Virus record (IMG/VR): IMGVR_UViG_3300002461_000115 | Location: 1-41,312 of that record | Source: a virus | Reading direction: 5' to 3' (one strand) | Length of the DNA: 41,312 nucleotides | Shown: piece after piece, positions 24,386-33,561 of the stretch | Layout: every line of letters starts with the position of its first letter | Numbering within the stretch: the stretch's first letter is position 1 | The notes under the pieces: model-generated | What the model saw: the letters and a program-made list of their open reading frames with translations, nothing else | The model's database searches: none | What the model was told of the DNA's origin: nothing | Translations under genes and position numbers: made by a program

Positions 24386-24687
24386 GACTCGACATCCGCC
24401 CACGCTTCCCAGCGGATCCAAAGCTCATGGAGCGCAAGCTGACGGACTTGTTCGTTGAAACCAACACGCAGGTTAACCGGCTCACCGAAGGCACCGTTTC
24501 GGCGGTTCACAACGCAGGCACCGCAGCGCCGACAGCGGGCACGTTTGCAGTGGGCGACTTCATCCGCAACAGCGCGCCGGCTGAACTGGGTGCGGCAACA
24601 ACGAAGTACGTCGTGATCGGTTTTGTATGCGTCACCGCAGGCACGCCGGGTACATGGGTTCAATGCAGGTGTCTGACAGGTAATTGA
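24382..24687 (+). CDS. hypothetical small virion protein (101 aa)
   Basis: ATGA overlap, in the tail module. Confidence 0.5.
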   Translation: MRLDIRPRFPADPKLMERKLTDLFVETNTQVNRLTEGTVSAVHNAGTAAPTAGTFAVGDFIRNSAPAELGAATTKYVVIGFVCVTAGTPGTWVQCRCLTGN

Positions 24688-25094
24688 TGGAACTCTGCCC
24701 CGTACCTTCCGAGCGTATTGACAAGGCTTGGAAGGATGGGGCGTCCCTTCTCTCCGAAGCCTGCGAGACATCAGGCGGCGAGATCACAGGCGATCAACTC
24801 AAGATGATCCTGTCGCGCGGTGAACGCACGTTGTTGTGCATGCGGGAAGGCGACAAAACGGTTGGCTGGGGCTGCGTCCGTGTGGATCAATTACCCAACC
24901 TGCGTGTTCTCCACGTCACTGACCTGGTTGCCCACAACGGCGGGTTTGAGCGGTTCTTTGAGGAACTGAAGGCAATGGCCGAACGCTTGGGATGTTCTCG
25001 GGTTCGCTGCTCATGCAAAGAAGCGCAGGCCCGTTTGTACCGAATGAAGTGCGGGTTCCGCCCCGTTTACACGACTGTAGAGGTAGAGGTATGA
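24687..25094 (+). CDS. GNAT-like N-acetyltransferase-fold protein
   Basis: About 135 aa. VGWGCVRV...LHVTDLVAHNGG...LKAMAERLGCSRVRC...RLYRMKCGF resembles the GNAT strand/helix order. Weak, motif-level only. Confidence 0.4.
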   Translation: MELCPVPSERIDKAWKDGASLLSEACETSGGEITGDQLKMILSRGERTLLCMREGDKTVGWGCVRVDQLPNLRVLHVTDLVAHNGGFERFFEELKAMAERLGCSRVRCSCKEAQARLYRMKCGFRPVYTTVEVEV

Positions 25095-25909
25095 CGTACA
25101 TCTCACGCGAAAAGCTCTATTCCTTGGGCGAGCCATTCGGCAACGAATGCACTCGCAAAGAAGCAGGCCGGATCATCTACGGCAGTGGCGGCGGCGGCGG
25201 TGGGTCGTCAACAACGGTTCAGAGCATCGCACCGGAACTGAAGCCGCTCGCCACGGCCTACACCAGGAAGGCGATCAACCTTGGAAACCAAGGGTTCAAG
25301 GCATTTAACGCGCCGCGCTATTCCGGGCCGACAGGTGCGGAGCAAGTTGGGTTGGATCAGATCGCCAACCGCGCGATCAATGGAAGCCCGCTCATCAATC
25401 AAGGCAGCGCGGCTCTGAATCAGATGCTCAAGCCGGGGCAGTCCAACCCGTACCTTGACGACACCGTTCGACGTGCGCAATCCAGCGTTGTCGATCAGTT
25501 CAACAACATGTCAAAGCCGCAGACTGAATCTGCGATGGTTCGCAGCGGCAGCTTCGGCAACTCGGGCCTGCAACAGACGCTTCAAAACCAGCAAATCGCA
25601 GCGGGCAAGCAACTGGGTGACATCGCCAGCCAAATCTACGGGCAGGACTACGAAAACAGCCAAGGCCGCGCCCTGCAAGCCGCCCAGCTCGCACCGCAAT
25701 ATGCAAACAGTCAATACAACGACGCGCAGCAACTGCTGAACGCAGGTTCGTATGCGCGGAACTTCGACCAGCAAAACAGGGACTTCCAATACCAACAGTT
25801 CCAAGACTCGCAAGACCTTCCATACAAACAACTGGCAGCAATGTCCGGTGTGTTCGGCAGCAACCTGGGCGGCACGTCCACAACCAAAAGCAGCGGGGGT
25901 GGCAAATGA
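25091..25909 (+). CDS. internal virion / ejection protein candidate (Gly- and Gln-rich, 272 aa)
   Basis: ATG at 25091 overlaps the upstream stop. G7 run and low-complexity Q/N-rich sequence. Confidence 0.5.
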   Translation: MTYISREKLYSLGEPFGNECTRKEAGRIIYGSGGGGGGSSTTVQSIAPELKPLATAYTRKAINLGNQGFKAFNAPRYSGPTGAEQVGLDQIANRAINGSPLINQGSAALNQMLKPGQSNPYLDDTVRRAQSSVVDQFNNMSKPQTESAMVRSGSFGNSGLQQTLQNQQIAAGKQLGDIASQIYGQDYENSQGRALQAAQLAPQYANSQYNDAQQLLNAGSYARNFDQQNRDFQYQQFQDSQDLPYKQLAAMSGVFGSNLGGTSTTKSSGGGK

Positions 25910-26184
25910 GCGGCGGCGGATTGACCCCAGTGTTTGGCGAAATCACTGGACCAGTCGGCGGTGTTGGCAATCAAGTCAACAACCCATACATCGGCACTGG
26001 GTTTGCCAACCCGTTGTTTCAGTCGGCACCCATGCCGAATCTGCAAGTGCCAGGCTTGAATCGCCAATCGAACAACCTTTTTTCTCCGACATCGCAAGTT
26101 CCTGACACGTCAGGCATGTTGGGCAATCAAGCGGCTGCTGATGCTTACAAGCAGTACGTAAAAGCAAATCCTGGAGGTAAGTGA
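25906..26184 (+). CDS. hypothetical virion protein (92 aa)
   Basis: ATGA overlap. Confidence 0.5.
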   Translation: MSGGGLTPVFGEITGPVGGVGNQVNNPYIGTGFANPLFQSAPMPNLQVPGLNRQSNNLFSPTSQVPDTSGMLGNQAAADAYKQYVKANPGGK

Positions 26185-26309
26185 TGGCCGGACTATTTGG
26201 ACTCGATTGGCTGACGCCTGAAATGCTCGCAGCGGCTGGGCTCACCGCAGCCACGGCAGGCGCAGCGACTCCAGCATTGGCAGCGGGGGCGGCAAATGAT
26301 AGGCGTTGA
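26184..26309 (+). CDS. small Ala-rich hydrophobic peptide (41 aa)
   Basis: Hand translation MAGLFGLDWLTPEMLAAAGLTAATAGAATPALAAGAANDRR. Start overlaps the upstream TGA. Confidence 0.3.
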   Translation: MAGLFGLDWLTPEMLAAAGLTAATAGAATPALAAGAANDRR

Positions 26310-26775
26310 TATGCCTGTCGCGTCGCAGCAAAACACACCATCCGCCATGCGGGAACGCGCTGCAATCATGCGAATTCAGAACGAGTGCCAAGCCCTGCCG
26401 GACGGCCACCGCATGGACGAATCGCCGCCGCTGAGGCACTGGCTCGCACCGGGCATCTACGCCCGCGAGATTCATCTGCCCGCGAATTCCGTTGTGGTCG
26501 GCAAGATCCACAAGCACCGGCACCTGAACATCCTGTCGGCGGGCCGCGTGACGGTGATGACGGAATTCGGGATGGAGGAGTTGACCGCTCCGGCATCGTT
26601 TATTTCAGAGCGCGGCACCAAGCGAGTGGTCTACACGCACGAAGCCGCGATATGGACAACCATCCACCCAAACCCTGATGAAACCACCGACACGGCGGAG
26701 CTAGAGCGCATGTTCGTCACAGAAAGCTACGCCGAACTCGGCATGAAGGTGGCGGATTTGGAGGAGTTGAAATGA
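26296..26775 (+). CDS. cupin-like beta-barrel protein (hypothetical)
   Basis: VVGKIHKHRHLNILSAGRVTVMTEFG resembles a cupin G-x-H-x-H...G core. The start could be 26311. Confidence 0.4.
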   Translation: MIGVDMPVASQQNTPSAMRERAAIMRIQNECQALPDGHRMDESPPLRHWLAPGIYAREIHLPANSVVVGKIHKHRHLNILSAGRVTVMTEFGMEELTAPASFISERGTKRVVYTHEAAIWTTIHPNPDETTDTAELERMFVTESYAELGMKVADLEELK

Positions 26776-27362
26776 GCTATTGGATTGCTGGCGCGGCTGC
26801 CGTTGGCGCATTGATGGACCGCAAGCAGCCTTTGCGCGGTGCGGCTCTTGGCGCGGGGACTGCTTTGACGGGCGGCGCTGCTTTGGGGGCTGTCGGCGGC
26901 GGAGCCGCGGCGGGCGGTGCGGCAGCAGGCGGGGCCGCTACGGCTGGCAGTGCAGCAGGGGCGGGCGGACTGCTCGGCACTGGAACTGCTGCAACAGCAG
27001 GCACGACCGCAACGATCGGCGGTGCCAGCGCGGCCGCTCCGGTAGCCGCGTCTGGGGCAGCGCCTGTGGCGGCTGGAAGCACGGGCTCGTTCGGCACGCA
27101 GGCGATGGGCTACCTAGACAGCGCCAACAAGGTGCTGAAGCCTATCGGGCAAGCAGCCAACGCAGCGGGCGCAGTGCAAAGCATGTTCCCAGAATCGCAA
27201 CCCGTCACGACGCCCGCACCACAGTTCGGCGGCGGCGCAGGCAGTCAAACATTCACCGGGCTTCTTCAAGACAGCATGAACACCGAACAGATGCGGGCGC
27301 AGGAAGAGATGCGCCGACGCGAAGCACAGCAAAAGCTGATCGGACTGATTGGGGGCATGTAA
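26772..27362 (+). CDS. Gly/Ala-rich internal virion protein candidate (196 aa)
   Basis: ATGA overlap. N-terminal hydrophobic segment followed by low-complexity G/A/T sequence. Confidence 0.5.
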   Translation: MSYWIAGAAAVGALMDRKQPLRGAALGAGTALTGGAALGAVGGGAAAGGAAAGGAATAGSAAGAGGLLGTGTAATAGTTATIGGASAAAPVAASGAAPVAAGSTGSFGTQAMGYLDSANKVLKPIGQAANAAGAVQSMFPESQPVTTPAPQFGGGAGSQTFTGLLQDSMNTEQMRAQEEMRRREAQQKLIGLIGGM

Positions 27363-28603
27363 TGGCGGGACTCCTAGACTTCATCAAGACACCAGAAGGT
27401 CAAGGGCTGCTGTCTGCGGCGTTTGGCGGGCTTGCAGGCGCACGCAGGGGCACACCGTTCAACAACCTGGGGCGGGCGGGTTTGGCGGGCTTGGGCGGGT
27501 ATGTCGATGCCACTGATCGCATGACGCAGCAGGCGCAGATTGCCAAGCGCGATCAGATGTATGACCTGCAACTGAAGCAGGCGCAGCAGCAGATGGCGGA
27601 CGCGGAAGCACGCAAGCTGCTCGCACAGCAAAGCGCGATGTCACCCGGTGCAATGGCGGTGTCTCAGAACGGCGGGCCGACGCTGGCCGCTGCACAGGCA
27701 CTGCCAACGACACAGCCGGGGTTCGACTTCAACCGCTACGCGCAGGGATTGGCGGGGCTGGGCGATGTGCAGGGGGCAATGGCAATTCAGCAGGCCATGA
27801 AAAAGGACACCACGCCGATCAAACTTGCTGCGGGGGAGACGCTTGTTGAGCCCGGCACCTACAAACCTGTTTTCTCGGCTCCAAATAAACCCGCAGAGCA
27901 GCCGTCCGCTGTGCGTGAGTACGAATACGCCAAGTCTCAAGGCTACGGTGGCACGTTTGAACAGTTTCAACTTGCACAACGCAAAGCGGGGGCAACAAAC
28001 ATCGGCATGCCAAAGATTGAAGTGAAGATGGGCGAAAGCGTTGCTGGGCAAATTGGACCGATGGCGAAGGACTCGCGCACACAGGCGCAGGGCGCTGTCG
28101 GGATGTTTGATTCAGCCGACCGCATTCAGAAGGCTCTAGACAGTGGCAAGGTGAGCGCAGGCCCATTCACAACGCAAGTGCAAACCGTGAAGCAACTAGT
28201 GCAAAAAGTCGGCGGCGGCAACGATGAAGGCATCCGGCAAACCCGGCAAGTCATCAAGGGGCTGGCGCAGATGTCGGTTGAAGCCCGCAAACAACTGGCA
28301 GGCCAAGGCCAAATCACAGAGAGCGAAGCGGCTGCGGTTGCCAAAGCCGAATCAGGCGACATCAACGACCTGACAACAGGCGAGCTTCAAGACTTGGTGA
28401 CGCTGACAAAGCGGGCCGCGCACTACCGCGCCAAAAACCATCAGTCCATTCTTGATTCAATGGGCGCAAGCGATGCCACCAAGGGCATGGTGCCGTTCTA
28501 TCAAATTCAAAACATGGACAAGCTGTTGAAGTACACGCCACAACTGCCGCAGATTGGCGGCGGCTCTGCGGTTGACGCTGCGTTGCAGAAATACGGGAAG
28601 TAA
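27362..28603 (+). CDS. internal virion / ejection protein candidate (413 aa)
   Basis: The ATG at 27362 overlaps the upstream TAA. It lies in the frame of track ORF 26780..28603, whose first 194 codons run out of frame over the Gly/Ala-rich gene and look non-coding. Confidence 0.55.
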   Translation: MAGLLDFIKTPEGQGLLSAAFGGLAGARRGTPFNNLGRAGLAGLGGYVDATDRMTQQAQIAKRDQMYDLQLKQAQQQMADAEARKLLAQQSAMSPGAMAVSQNGGPTLAAAQALPTTQPGFDFNRYAQGLAGLGDVQGAMAIQQAMKKDTTPIKLAAGETLVEPGTYKPVFSAPNKPAEQPSAVREYEYAKSQGYGGTFEQFQLAQRKAGATNIGMPKIEVKMGESVAGQIGPMAKDSRTQAQGAVGMFDSADRIQKALDSGKVSAGPFTTQVQTVKQLVQKVGGGNDEGIRQTRQVIKGLAQMSVEARKQLAGQGQITESEAAAVAKAESGDINDLTTGELQDLVTLTKRAAHYRAKNHQSILDSMGASDATKGMVPFYQIQNMDKLLKYTPQLPQIGGGSAVDAALQKYGK

Positions 28604-28605
28604 CG

Positions 28606-30285
28606 ATGGCCTCGTTGCAGGAAGTCGAATCCGCGTTCATGCGGGCGCACGAAGCTGGCGACACTCAGGCGGCATCCGTGCTCGCGCAGGAAGTCAAGCG
28701 CATGCGCACCATGTCGGCGGGAGCATCGCCTGCGACGGCTGCTGATCGAATTGGCATGGGCATGGTTGACCCCATCCAAGGCGGCGCACAACTGCTCACG
28801 AAGATGCTGCCCGAGAGCGTTGTCCAGGCGGGTAACAGCTTGAACAACCTGATTGCTGACAAGACTGGATTGGTGGCCCGGCTTCCTGAAGGCGGGGTTG
28901 ACCAGCAAACGAAAGAGCGTGAGCAGGCATATCAAGCGCAGCGGGCGGCAGCGGGGCAGTCTGGGTTTGACGGATTGCGCGTGCTTGGCAACGTCGCCAG
29001 CCCTGCAAACATCGCCATAGGCGGTGTCACGCCAGCGGCGGCAACGCTTGCAGGCCGCATGGGCATGGGTGCGGCTGGCGGCATGGCGGCAGGGGCATTG
29101 AACCCCGTTACTGAAGGTGACTTCGCATCGGAGAAACTGAAGCAGATCGGCGTCAGCGGCGCGGCAGGCTGGTTGACTCCGGCGCTTGTCGCTGGTGTCG
29201 GACGAGTCATCAGCCCCAAAGCATCCGTCAATCCAGACGTTCAACTGCTCCGCGATGCTGGCGTCAAGCCAACCATCGGCCAGACTCTCGGCGGGCGGGC
29301 GAACGCCTTGGAAGAGAAGCTGCAAAGCCTCCCCATCATGGGCGATGCGATTGCGAACGCTCGCGGAAGTGCGCTCCAGCAGTTCAATAACGCGGCGATC
29401 AATCGTGCCGTGGCACCTGTCGGCGGCAAGGTGGAGGGCGCAGGACAAAAGGCGGTTGCAGAAGCTGGCGACATGCTCGGCCAAGCCTATGACGACGCCA
29501 TCGACAAGCTCAAGTTTGTTCGCTTCGACAACACGTTCAAAACCGACTTGCAGCAACTGAAAAGCATGTCTCGCGGGCTCACCCCGCCGATGCGCGACAA
29601 GTTCTCCGCTACCCTGAAAAACATCGTCGGCGGCAGGACAACCAACGGCGGCACCATGCTTGCCGAGACCGTCAAAAAGACGGACAGCGAGCTAGGACAG
29701 GCGGCGGCGAAGTTTGGCCGTTCATCGGTTGCCAGCGAGCAAGAGTACGCAGACGCGGTGAAGCAGTTGCAAGCCCTGTTGCGTGCTCAGGTGGCCCGGA
29801 GCAGTCCGGAAGCGTCCAAGGCGCTCAAGGCAGCAGACAAGGGGTATGCAAGTCTGGTCCGGGTTGAGGGCGCTGCAAAGGCTGCAAAGAACGCGGAAGG
29901 GGTGTTCACGCCAGCACAACTCAATACCGCCATTCAGACGGCAGACAACAGCGTTCGCAAGCGGGCTGTATCTCGTGGCACCGCTTTGATGCAAGACCTC
30001 GGCACGGCGGGGCAAAACGTGCTCGGCGGCAAGGTGCCGAACAGTGGGACGGCGGATCGGATGCTTATGGGGGGTGGTGCGCTGGGGGCGGGGCTTCTAC
30101 ACCCGGCCATCCCGGGCGGCTTGCTGGCTGGCGCTGCGGCTTACACCCCGTGGGGGCAGGCGCTACTCAGGAACGCTTTTGCGAGTCGCCCATCTGCGGC
30201 CAAGCCGGTAGCAGAACTGCTGAACCGGACCTCTCCCATGCTTGGCTCTACTGGCGGCTTGCTTGGTCTCAATGTAATTGAATAG
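28606..30285 (+). CDS. large internal virion / ejection protein candidate (559 aa)
   Basis: Track ORF. Gly/Ala-rich hydrophobic segments; last gene before a terminator. Confidence 0.55.
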   Translation: MASLQEVESAFMRAHEAGDTQAASVLAQEVKRMRTMSAGASPATAADRIGMGMVDPIQGGAQLLTKMLPESVVQAGNSLNNLIADKTGLVARLPEGGVDQQTKEREQAYQAQRAAAGQSGFDGLRVLGNVASPANIAIGGVTPAAATLAGRMGMGAAGGMAAGALNPVTEGDFASEKLKQIGVSGAAGWLTPALVAGVGRVISPKASVNPDVQLLRDAGVKPTIGQTLGGRANALEEKLQSLPIMGDAIANARGSALQQFNNAAINRAVAPVGGKVEGAGQKAVAEAGDMLGQAYDDAIDKLKFVRFDNTFKTDLQQLKSMSRGLTPPMRDKFSATLKNIVGGRTTNGGTMLAETVKKTDSELGQAAAKFGRSSVASEQEYADAVKQLQALLRAQVARSSPEASKALKAADKGYASLVRVEGAAKAAKNAEGVFTPAQLNTAIQTADNSVRKRAVSRGTALMQDLGTAGQNVLGGKVPNSGTADRMLMGGGALGAGLLHPAIPGGLLAGAAAYTPWGQALLRNAFASRPSAAKPVAELLNRTSPMLGSTGGLLGLNVIE

Positions 30286-30356
30286 AAGACCCCAAAAGGC
30301 CGCGCCCGCACCGCTGGCGACTGCCGTCAATAGTTGATCGTTGCTCATGACAGATG

Positions 30357-30380
30357 GCCCGCCACAGAGCGGGCTTTTTT
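30357..30380 (+). terminator. rho-independent terminator (GCCCGC-cacaga-GCGGGC + T6)
   Basis: Read directly. Confidence 0.7.
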
Positions 30381-30401
30381 GCGTCCGACGAAGGATAACA
30401 A

Positions 30402-31076
30402 ATGCCCGTACCTACAACATTCGCCGACCTGAGCACCACGCCGGGATCGAACAGCCCCGCAGGCTCGGAAAACGTGTTTCCAAGTCTTGACGACTACATC
30501 CGGTTCATCAACGCTGCCTTGGCCTCGATCAAGGCCAATACCGCCACAAACGGTTGGGTGTCCCCGTACATCGCGGGCACGGGTTCGTGGGCCATCCCCG
30601 GCACCATCGGCAGCACGACTCCGAACACGGGGGCGTTTACCACGCTGTCGTCTAGCGGGCTGACTACCGCCAATTCGCTGGCCGTCACGAACGCCAGCAC
30701 ATTCTCCGGCGCGCTGCGGGTTATCGGGGCGTCTGCGCTCGGGTATGGCGCGGGGGCGGGCGGCACAGTTACTCAGGCCACCGACAAGGCAACGCCTGTC
30801 ACGCTCAATAAGCCAACCGGCCAAATCACTATGAACGCGGCGGCTTTGGCGGCTGGAGCCACCGTGACATTCCAAGTCAACAACTCGCTAATCACAACCG
30901 CAGACACAGTTTTGTTGACTTGCCCGTTTTTCACGGTAGGCCCAAACAATTACCGAGTGGAGGTCTCGTTTTCCTCTAACGGCTCTTTCAACATTCGAGT
31001 GACAAACATTAGCGTGGGCAGTCTTTCCGAAGCGCTCGTTATCAATTTTGCGCTCATCAAGGGGGCCACAGCATGA
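30402..31076 (+). CDS. tail fibre protein
   Basis: N-terminal PTTFADLSTTPGSNSPAGSENVFPSLDDYIRFINAALA is a common fibre-anchor motif in proteobacterial phages. GAAGGA SD. Confidence 0.65.
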   Translation: MPVPTTFADLSTTPGSNSPAGSENVFPSLDDYIRFINAALASIKANTATNGWVSPYIAGTGSWAIPGTIGSTTPNTGAFTTLSSSGLTTANSLAVTNASTFSGALRVIGASALGYGAGAGGTVTQATDKATPVTLNKPTGQITMNAAALAAGATVTFQVNNSLITTADTVLLTCPFFTVGPNNYRVEVSFSSNGSFNIRVTNISVGSLSEALVINFALIKGATA

Positions 31077-31516
31077 TCGTAAGCAAAGTGATTCGCTACC
31101 AAGACACCAACAGCGTTGAAGTGACGTGGGTTGAGAACGGCGCGCCGGTTCGCTGCCAGTCATACGCCGATGTGCAGATGGATCAATTGGTGGCCGACCT
31201 TGGGGCCGGTGCTGCGGCGTATGCGGCACTGATTGCCACTGTCAGGGCGGCAATTGTTCCTGTGCCACCGGCTCCGCCATACGTCCCGTACACCGTAACC
31301 CCCTTCCAAGCCAAGGCCGCAATCTACGCAGCCGGTTTGCTGCCTGCCGTAGAAGCAGCCATCGCCGCTGCGCCGAAGGTTGCTCAACTCGCATGGAGTG
31401 ACGCCACCGAGTTCACTCGCGACTCCCCAACCATCGCAGCCCTGTCAGCACAACTCGGCCTGACATCGGAGCAGGTTGACGATCTGTTCATCGCTGCCGC
31501 TGCCATCGAGGCGTGA
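31073..31516 (+). CDS. hypothetical protein downstream of the fibre (assembly/chaperone candidate)
   Basis: ATGA overlap. Function is from position only. Confidence 0.4.
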   Translation: MIVSKVIRYQDTNSVEVTWVENGAPVRCQSYADVQMDQLVADLGAGAAAYAALIATVRAAIVPVPPAPPYVPYTVTPFQAKAAIYAAGLLPAVEAAIAAAPKVAQLAWSDATEFTRDSPTIAALSAQLGLTSEQVDDLFIAAAAIEA

Positions 31517-31920
31517 CCATGCGCCGCGCCATCCACGCCTTCCTCAACTTCCTCGGGGTACTGGCGTGGCTCGTTGCCTATGCGGCCATGCAGATCGTGT
31601 TTTGGCTGTCCTTGCTCGGCGACAAGGTGCTTCCCAATGCGCGGATCGGCAACTGCTGGACGTTCGTCTGCCCGCGTCTGATGAAGTTCGGCGGGTACAT
31701 GGTGGTTCGATCAGTGCGGCGCGGGCGGTTTTTCGGGGTCGGACTGATCCCGCACGTTTCGTGGTTGCAGTCGATCACGGCTGACTCGGTGCTGCTGCAA
31801 ACCGAACCCATTGACCGCTACGAAGGTCGGTGGAAATTCTGGCGGTTCTTCTACTTCAACTTCCGCATCAAAAGCTCCGAAACCGGCCGCCCTGGCCCAT
31901 GGCGCAACCTCAAAGACTGA
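31513..31920 (+). CDS. membrane-anchored hypothetical protein (135 aa)
   Basis: N-terminal transmembrane segment FLNFLGVLAWLVAYAAMQIVFWLSLL. Precedes the lysis genes. Confidence 0.5.
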   Translation: MTMRRAIHAFLNFLGVLAWLVAYAAMQIVFWLSLLGDKVLPNARIGNCWTFVCPRLMKFGGYMVVRSVRRGRFFGVGLIPHVSWLQSITADSVLLQTEPIDRYEGRWKFWRFFYFNFRIKSSETGRPGPWRNLKD

Positions 31921-31921
31921 C

Positions 31922-32203
31922 ATGACCCCGACTCCCATCAAGCCGGAACCTTGGCACATCAAGCGCGAAATTCAGATCGGCCACCTCATCACAACGATGT
32001 CCGTTGCCTTCTCCGTCATTTGGTACGCGGGCAAGTTGGAGCAGCGGATCGCGTTGGTTGAGCAGTCCATCGTCATGCAGCGCGAGCGCGATATGTCGCA
32101 GGACAACCAGGCGTCCATGTCGTATCAGCAGATGCGGCAGCAGCTTGATCGGATTGACTCGAAGCTGGACAGATTGATTGAAGCGAAAGGCATACGGCCA
32201 TGA
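31922..32203 (+). CDS. single-TM lysis-cassette protein (holin/antiholin candidate)
   Basis: ATG at 31922 within track ORF 31811..32203. One TM (IGHLITTMSVAFSVIWYAG) plus a coiled coil. Confidence 0.45.
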   Translation: MTPTPIKPEPWHIKREIQIGHLITTMSVAFSVIWYAGKLEQRIALVEQSIVMQRERDMSQDNQASMSYQQMRQQLDRIDSKLDRLIEAKGIRP

Positions 32204-32397
32204 ACCTGCGCACTCTCGGTGGCACGAAGTTCCTCCTGTCGGTCGGCTCCGGGCTGGCGACGACGATTCTTCAATGGGCAGGCAAGCTAGACGCGGCGGG
32301 CTCTACCTACGCGCTGGTGATCGTCGGCACCGTGGGCGCGTACATCGCAGGCAACGTGACGCAGACCATCAAAGGCCCACCGGAGACTGCGAAATGA
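32200..32397 (+). CDS. two-TM holin candidate (65 aa)
   Basis: ATGA overlap. Two hydrophobic helices; lies immediately upstream of the endolysin. Confidence 0.55.
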   Translation: MNLRTLGGTKFLLSVGSGLATTILQWAGKLDAAGSTYALVIVGTVGAYIAGNVTQTIKGPPETAK

Positions 32398-33008
32398 TTA
32401 CCGTCGCCACGCTGGTGCAGTGCGGGGTGGCCCCGACTCAGGCGCGGTTGTATGCGCAGCCGCTAGAGGCAGCGGCGGCACGATTCGGCATCACGACGAA
32501 GGCGCGTGTTGCGGCATTCCTCGCCCAGCTTCACCACGAATCGCAAGCCTTCACGCGCACCGAAGAGAACCTCTACTACACCACGCCGGAACGAATCCGC
32601 GCCATGTGGCCCACTCGCGTGCCTACGCTGGCCGATGCTGCGAAGCTGTGCCGTAACCCGCGAGCGTTAGCAACGGCGGTGTATTCAAACCGGCTTGGCA
32701 ACGGCGATCCAGACTCAGGCGATGCCTATAGGTTCATTGGCCGTGGGCTGATTCAGCTAACCGGACGCAGCAACTACCACGTCGCGTCCGATGCGCTCGG
32801 TGCCGACTACGTGCGCGATCCTGACGCTGTTGCCGCACCCGAAGGCGCATGTCTGACAGCGGCATGGTTTTGGGCATCGATCCACGGCAACGAACTGGCC
32901 GACGCAAGCCTGATCGACACGCTGACGAAGCGCATCAACGGGCCAGCGATGGCCGGGGCGGACGCCAGGCGCTCACGGTACGACGACAACTTGAGGGCGC
33001 TCGCATGA
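32394..33008 (+). CDS. endolysin, glycoside hydrolase family 19 (chitinase-like)
   Basis: AAFLAQLHHESQAF...FIGRGLIQLTGRSNY motifs. ATG at 32394 within track ORF 32178..33008. Confidence 0.85.
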   Translation: MITVATLVQCGVAPTQARLYAQPLEAAAARFGITTKARVAAFLAQLHHESQAFTRTEENLYYTTPERIRAMWPTRVPTLADAAKLCRNPRALATAVYSNRLGNGDPDSGDAYRFIGRGLIQLTGRSNYHVASDALGADYVRDPDAVAAPEGACLTAAWFWASIHGNELADASLIDTLTKRINGPAMAGADARRSRYDDNLRALA

Positions 33009-33556
33009 TGCGCATCCTTGCCTTCTTCACCGGCGGCTGGATCGGCCCGTTGTTAATCTCTGGCGGTCTTGTTGTAACGCTGTGGGCTGGCTATGCCTAC
33101 ATCACGCATTCGGCACGCTCTGAAGGCCGCGCAGAGGTTCAGGCGCTATGGGACGCCGACACCCAGTCACGCGCATTGTTGGCAGCAGCGGCGGCAGAGG
33201 AAAAGCGCATCAAGGAGAAGCAGCATGAAATGGACATCGCATCAGAGCGCAAGCAACGCGAAGCGGACGGCGTGGTTGTTGGTCTTGTGCTTGCTGATAC
33301 TCGTCGTCAGCTTGAGCGGCTGCGCAGCACCACGGCCACCGTCTCCGCCAGTGCTGTTCAAACCGGCGAAGATCATGACGGCAGACCCGGCGCTGATGAT
33401 CCCGCCGAAGCCCTCGGGGCAGTATTTGCAGAGTGTTCAGGAGAGCTTGTCGAGATGGCAGAGCAGACTGAGCAACTCGGGGTCAGGCTGCGAGGATTGC
33501 AAGCCTGGGCAGGGTCAGCCCTGAGTGTCTGCGGGGAGCCGTCAAGTAATCCTTGA
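33005..33556 (+). CDS. Rz: i-spanin (Rz-like)
   Basis: ATGA overlap with the endolysin. N-terminal TM followed by a charged coiled-coil periplasmic domain. Confidence 0.7.
   Translation: MMRILAFFTGGWIGPLLISGGLVVTLWAGYAYITHSARSEGRAEVQALWDADTQSRALLAAAAAEEKRIKEKQHEMDIASERKQREADGVVVGLVLADTRRQLERLRSTTATVSASAVQTGEDHDGRPGADDPAEALGAVFAECSGELVEMAEQTEQLGVRLRGLQAWAGSALSVCGEPSSNP
33225..33524 (+). CDS. Rz1: o-spanin lipoprotein (Rz1-like), fully embedded in the +1 frame of Rz
   Basis: Signal peptide with lipobox LSGC (WLLVLCLLILVVSLSGCAAPRPP), Pro-rich mature part. Lies within track ORF 33093..33524. Confidence 0.7.
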   Translation: MKWTSHQSASNAKRTAWLLVLCLLILVVSLSGCAAPRPPSPPVLFKPAKIMTADPALMIPPKPSGQYLQSVQESLSRWQSRLSNSGSGCEDCKPGQGQP

Positions 33557-33561
33557 CAGTT

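Noticed and set aside
26780-28603. 607-aa track ORF spanning the Gly/Ala-rich gene and the next gene.
   Set aside because: Its first 194 codons run out of frame over gene 26772..27362 and read as Arg/Gly/Cys-rich junk. The ATG at 27362, in the same frame as this ORF, overlaps the upstream stop and gives a sensible 413-aa protein.
30163-30348. 61-aa minus-strand ORF at the end of the ejection-protein gene.
   Set aside because: It overlaps the 3' end of gene 28606..30285 on the opposite strand and has no SD. Probably spurious.
30402-31516. Looked for a diversity-generating retroelement (template/variable repeat pair plus reverse transcriptase) near the tail fibre, as in BPP-1-like phages.
   Set aside because: No reverse-transcriptase-like ORF was seen anywhere in the window, and I noticed no near-identical repeat of the fibre 3' end by eye. 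A computed repeat search would be needed to be certain.
33541-33557. GTCAAG-taatc-CTTGAC hairpin at the convergent junction of the late and leftward operons, considered as a bidirectional terminator.
   Set aside because: It has only a 6-bp, moderately GC stem with no flanking U/A tracts and overlaps the Rz stop codon. Too weak to call.
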